Shown: positions 60,093 through 64,000 of the stretch, one piece after another | Layout: each line of letters starts with the position of its first letter | Position numbering within the stretch: position 1 is the stretch's first letter | Assembly: GCA_013151735.1 (NCBI GenBank) | Contig: JAADHR010000199.1 | Span: forward strand, 8,178 to 72,177 | Direction: 5' to 3' | DNA: 64,000 nucleotides | From: Calditrichota bacterium | GTDB lineage: Bacteria; Zhuqueibacterota; JdFR-76; BMS3Abin05 | Notes under the pieces: generated by a model | Seen by the model: only the letters and a program-made list of their open reading frames with translations | Database searches by the model: none | What the model was told of the DNA's origin: nothing | Program-made: the position numbers and the translations under genes

Positions 60093-62711
60093 ATGAATTC
60101 AAAGGAAATTCGTCAGTCGTTTTTGGATTATTTCAAAAGCAAAGATCATAAAATTGTTCCCAGTGCACCGGTGGTTCCCATCGATGATCCCACCCTTCTG
60201 TTTACAAATGCCGGAATGAATCAATTCAAGAAGATATTCCTGGGATTGGAGAAACCTGACTATCCGCGTGTGGCCGATTCTCAAAAATGCATTCGCGTCA
60301 GCGGCAAGCACAACGATCTGGAAGAGGTGGGGAAAGACACCTACCATCACACCTTTTTTGAAATGCTTGGAAACTGGTCGTTTGGGGACTACTACAAAAA
60401 AGAGGCTATTGCCTTTGCCTGGGAGCTTCTCACGGAGGTGTGGAAACTTCCGAAGGAAAAGCTCTGGGTCACCGTGTACAAAGACGATGACGAAGCGGAG
60501 CAACTCTGGAAAACAACAACCGATGTGGCCGCGGGCCAGGTCCTTCGATTTGGGGAAAAGGAGAATTTTTGGGAAATGGGTGAAACCGGTCCCTGCGGTC
60601 CGTGTTCTGAAATTCACATCGATCTGGGTCCCGGGCACTGTGACAAACAGGGCGTGCCGGGGCACGTGTGTCAGGTAAACGGGGATTGCAGCCGTTACAT
60701 CGAGCTCTGGAATCTGGTTTTCATCCAGTATAATCGACAGGAAGACGGAAGCCTGAACGAATTGCCGTCCCGGCATGTGGACACCGGAATGGGTTTCGAG
60801 CGAATTGTGGCGGTTTTACAGGGCGTCCCTTCCAATTACGACACCGATTTGTTCCAGCCGATTATTCAGGCAATCTCTGAGCTTTCTGGTGTGGCGTATC
60901 CGGGTCCCGATGGCGGTGTAGCACACCGGGTAATTGCAGATCATGTGCGCGCCCTCAGCTTTGCGATTGCCGATGGGGCCCTGCCGTCTAACGAAGGGCG
61001 CGGCTATGTACTCAGGCGTATCCTCCGGCGGGCCGCCCGCTACGGACGCAAGCTGAACATGAAAGAACCATTTATTTACAAACTGGTTCCTGTTTTGGTA
61101 GATGTAATGGGCGAGGCGTATCCGGAATTACGGGAAAAACACCAGTTTGTGTCCATGGTAATTCAATCGGAAGAAGAAAGCTTTGGAAATACGCTGGATC
61201 GCGGGATTGAAATCTTTGAAAAAACAGCAGCCGATTTGAAAAAGAATAACCAGACCCAATTTCCCGGATTTGCTGCCTTCCGTCTGTACGACACCTACGG
61301 ATTTCCTCTGGACTTGACCCAGCTGATGGCTGAAGAACAGGGCCTTACGGTGGATTACGAGGGTTTTGAGAAGGCCATGGCGGAGCAGCGAAAACGAGCC
61401 AAAGAGGCCCAAAAATTTAGGTACGAAGCGCACGAGTTTTTCAAAGAAGGAGAAACCAGTCCCCACTCCGAATTTGTCGGTTATGAAAAATTAAAAGAAA
61501 CCGTTCATCTGGTTGCTTTTTCTGGAAATGAATTTCTCCTGGACAAAACCCCGTTTTACGGAGAGTCCGGCGGCCAGGTGGGAGATACGGGTGTGGTTTA
61601 CACCCCGGATGGGCATTTCAGGGTGAGGGTTGTGGACACCCAGAAAAGCGGAAATATGATTATTCATATTGGCAAAATCGAGCGCGGAAGTTTCGAAGAT
61701 GTGAAGAACAAAGAGCTTATTGCCGAAGTTGACCGCGAGCGGCGGAAATCTATCGCCAGAAATCACACCGCCACCCACTTGCTTCACAAGGCCTTGCGAA
61801 CCGTTCTCGGAGGGCATGTTCACCAGGCGGGTTCGCTGGTAGCTCCCGATCATTTGCGCTTCGATTTGACGCACTTCGAACGAATTGCCGCGGAACAATT
61901 GGATGAAGTTGAGCGCCTGGTCAATGAAGCCGTTCGGGAAAATTACAGGGTGGAGGTTTTAACGCTTCCTTACAATGAGGCGAAAAAACTCGGAGCAGTA
62001 GCCCTGTTTGGTGAAAAATACGGGGATATTGTGCGGGTTATAAAAATTGACGACTACAGCATGGAATTCTGCGGGGGAACACATCTTAACTTTACCGGAG
62101 AAATTGGCTATTTCCGGATTTTGTCTGAGTCCAGTGTGGCTTCCGGCGTGCGCCGCATTGAGGCGGTTACGGGAGTGGCGGCCGATGAACTGCTTCGCCG
62201 GGAAAAACACGAGTTGGAGGCGTTACGCCAGAAATTGGCCGCCACAGCGGAGGATTCCGTTCAGCGGTTAGAACAGGTCCTTCAGGAGAAAAAGGCTCTG
62301 GAAAAGGAGCTTCTGAATGCCCAGCTCAAGCTTGCCCAAACTGAATTGGACAGCCTCGTTCAACAGTCCGAAGAAGTGGATGGTTTTAAAGTGGTTGCCA
62401 ACCGCCTTCCTGTGGGAACCGTGGGCGAGCTGAAGCAGATCGGCGATGTGCTGCGCAGCAAATTAAAATCCGGTGTGGGTGTACTGGGGTCTGAAATTAA
62501 TGGCAAACCGTTTCTCCTCTGTGTAGTAACGGATGATTTGATCCAAACAAAGAAACTGAAAGCAGGGGATGTGGTAAAGCGCCTGGGAAAATACATTGGC
62601 GGCGGTGGCGGCGGCAATCCAAGAATGGCTCAGGCGGGCGGAAAAGATGTGAAAAACCTGGATAAAGCTCTTCAGAAAACACGCGATGTTGTTCTGGAAT
62701 TGCTGGGATAG
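60093..62711 (+). CDS. alaS: alanyl-tRNA synthetase
   Basis: Start at the internal ATG (MNSKEIRQSFLDYF) rather than the track start at 60045. Class II motifs. Editing domain HTATHLLH...CGGTH. C-terminal DHHA1-like GGGGGN. Confidence 0.9.
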   Translation: MNSKEIRQSFLDYFKSKDHKIVPSAPVVPIDDPTLLFTNAGMNQFKKIFLGLEKPDYPRVADSQKCIRVSGKHNDLEEVGKDTYHHTFFEMLGNWSFGDYYKKEAIAFAWELLTEVWKLPKEKLWVTVYKDDDEAEQLWKTTTDVAAGQVLRFGEKENFWEMGETGPCGPCSEIHIDLGPGHCDKQGVPGHVCQVNGDCSRYIELWNLVFIQYNRQEDGSLNELPSRHVDTGMGFERIVAVLQGVPSNYDTDLFQPIIQAISELSGVAYPGPDGGVAHRVIADHVRALSFAIADGALPSNEGRGYVLRRILRRAARYGRKLNMKEPFIYKLVPVLVDVMGEAYPELREKHQFVSMVIQSEEESFGNTLDRGIEIFEKTAADLKKNNQTQFPGFAAFRLYDTYGFPLDLTQLMAEEQGLTVDYEGFEKAMAEQRKRAKEAQKFRYEAHEFFKEGETSPHSEFVGYEKLKETVHLVAFSGNEFLLDKTPFYGESGGQVGDTGVVYTPDGHFRVRVVDTQKSGNMIIHIGKIERGSFEDVKNKELIAEVDRERRKSIARNHTATHLLHKALRTVLGGHVHQAGSLVAPDHLRFDLTHFERIAAEQLDEVERLVNEAVRENYRVEVLTLPYNEAKKLGAVALFGEKYGDIVRVIKIDDYSMEFCGGTHLNFTGEIGYFRILSESSVASGVRRIEAVTGVAADELLRREKHELEALRQKLAATAEDSVQRLEQVLQEKKALEKELLNAQLKLAQTELDSLVQQSEEVDGFKVVANRLPVGTVGELKQIGDVLRSKLKSGVGVLGSEINGKPFLLCVVTDDLIQTKKLKAGDVVKRLGKYIGGGGGGNPRMAQAGGKDVKNLDKALQKTRDVVLELLG

Positions 62712-62881
62712 TTTGACAATTAATTTAGAGGAAAGAGGATTTGCCGCAGAATAATGAAAGGCCTATAAATTTCGTTTAGGCCCTGCAGTAAACTTGAGCC
62801 CAGAGGGTTTTAGAATGAAAGAAAGAATTTGAATTCTTAACATTTAATCGTGAGCAAATGGCTTGATAACGAGGCAGGAAA

Positions 62882-63628
62882 TTGACAAGGACCTACGAGA
62901 AGCTGTTAAAAATATGTGAAGACAGGGGGGCTGGCTATTTTGTGCTTTTTGATCCGGATAACTATGCTCGGGATAAAGTGGGTGAACATGCAGCTCTGGC
63001 GGAAGAGTCCGGTGTGGATGCCATTCTGGTCGGAGGAAGCCTTCTTTTCGACAATCACTTCAACGCGTTTATCAAAAAGGTGAAAGAATACACGCACCTG
63101 CCGGTTATTATTTTCCCGGGAAGTTCCCGGCAGATTTCCCCGTATGCGGATGCCATTTTGTTTCTGTCCCTGATCAGTGGTAGAAATTCCAACTACCTGA
63201 TCGGTGAACAGGTTATTGCCGCCCCGATTATTCGGGCGTTGAAACTGGAACCCATTTCTACCGGCTATGTTCTGGTGGAATCGGGGAATACAACCACGGT
63301 GGAGTATTTGAGCGGAACCCGTCCCATTCCCCGCAACAAGGCCGAAATCGCGGTCGCCCATGCTCTGGCGGCCGAGTACCTGGGGATGAAAATGCTCTAT
63401 TTTGAAGCGGGAAGCGGGGCAGAATTTTCGGTACCCACGGACATGATTCAAGCCGTTTCAGACCAGACGCGTTTGCCGATAATTGTTGGCGGGGGTATCC
63501 GGACTCCGGAAGAAGCTCATGAAAAGGTTCAGGCTGGGGCCTCTTTCATTGTAACCGGAAATATCCTGGAGAGAAAGCATGACCCGGATTTACTCCATGC
63601 GTTTTCCGATGCGGTCCACAAAGTGTAA
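62882..63628 (+). CDS. geranylgeranylglyceryl/heptaprenylglyceryl phosphate synthase family (PcrB/GGGPS)
   Basis: 248 aa, TTG start. TIM-barrel prenyltransferase motifs (VLFDPD, GGS, YFEAGSGA, IIVGGGIRT) matching the PcrB/GGGPS family along its full length. Confidence 0.7.
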   Translation: MTRTYEKLLKICEDRGAGYFVLFDPDNYARDKVGEHAALAEESGVDAILVGGSLLFDNHFNAFIKKVKEYTHLPVIIFPGSSRQISPYADAILFLSLISGRNSNYLIGEQVIAAPIIRALKLEPISTGYVLVESGNTTTVEYLSGTRPIPRNKAEIAVAHALAAEYLGMKMLYFEAGSGAEFSVPTDMIQAVSDQTRLPIIVGGGIRTPEEAHEKVQAGASFIVTGNILERKHDPDLLHAFSDAVHKV

Positions 63629-63663
63629 ACCCTAAAAGAGAGATTGCAGAAAGCGGTTTTTTT

Positions 63664-64000
63664 ATGATTATTGATATTCACTCTCATATTCTTCCGGCCT
63701 ATGACGACGGCGCAATGGATGAGGAAATGACGCGGAAAATGCTCCATCAAGCCTTTGAAGGCGGAACCCGGGAGATTGTTTCAACCTCTCATATTTTGAG
63801 CAATGCGGATTATAACCGGCAGTCTGAAATTTTCGAAAAATTTGAACGGGTGAAAAAAATTGCGCAGCAAGACCATCTGGACATGAAATTTCATCTGGCA
63901 TCGGAAATTTACATGCACCCGGATACCGTTGTGGACCAGCAAATTTCAACGTTCAACAACAATAGAAAATACATGTTGGTGGAGTTCTCCCTTCGCACCA
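63664..64000 (+). CDS. PHP-domain protein-tyrosine phosphatase (CpsB/YwqE-like), 3-prime truncated by window end
   Basis: N-terminal MIIDIHSHILPAYDDGA metal-binding motif typical of CpsB/CapC-type Mn-dependent tyrosine phosphatases. Confidence 0.6.
   Translation, partial: MIIDIHSHILPAYDDGAMDEEMTRKMLHQAFEGGTREIVSTSHILSNADYNRQSEIFEKFERVKKIAQQDHLDMKFHLASEIYMHPDTVVDQQISTFNNNRKYMLVEFSLRT

Noticed and set aside
60099-60776. 225-aa minus-strand ORF
   Set aside because: Antisense to the alaS catalytic domain.
62906-63451. 181-aa minus-strand ORF
   Set aside because: Antisense to the GGGPS/PcrB-family gene, which has full-length family motifs on the + strand.

Overview
This 64 kb window looks like an origin-proximal chromosomal segment of a bacterium. 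It opens with dnaN(3' end)-recF-DUF721-gyrB-gyrA. Every gene I can support lies on the + strand, which is consistent with leading-strand placement near oriC. Most of the window is housekeeping, in this order:
- YjbQ-family protein, two CPA-type antiporters, pdxA, a SAM-methyltransferase, ftsEX
- hrcA-grpE-dnaJ
- a ComEA-like gene and a type IV filament-like trio (pilin-like, PilM-like, membrane protein)
- rsmD, coaD, pta, an aminotransferase, a TPR protein
- after the accessory block below: icd, an RDD protein, obg, dprA
- a dense tRNA region (4 tRNA-Ser isoacceptors, Gln, Glu, 2 Arg, Ala) interleaved with gltX and tadA
- an SRP (4.5S-type) RNA immediately upstream of dnaX-ybaB-recR
- pgsA, pgpA, cinA, ligT/thpR, recA, recX, a split YeeE/YedE pair, alaS, a GGGPS/PcrB-family prenyltransferase and a PHP-type phosphatase (3'-truncated).

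The clearly accessory block is ~24.3-43.1 kb. It holds:
- a small secreted paralog of the giant protein's N-terminal domain
- a HicB/HicA toxin-antitoxin pair (the HicA gene is below the ORF-track size cutoff), followed by a perfect 33-nt palindrome
- a 3784-aa repeat-rich surface protein ending in a T9SS-type C-terminal sorting domain
- directly downstream and co-directional, a PorV/PorQ-like beta-barrel fused to a TPR/coiled-coil domain
- a 1253-aa RsbW-kinase/HAMP/PP2C-phosphatase/TPR fusion carrying an in-frame transposase-like double-HTH fragment
- a STAS anti-sigma-antagonist protein.
I read this as a candidate regulated T9SS cargo/shuttle/partner-switching locus.

No CRISPR array, integrase or intact IS element was seen. 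All long minus-strand ORFs appear to be shadow ORFs. The T9SS-CTD, the PorV-like protein and the GGGPS family suggest an FCB-superphylum organism (inference).
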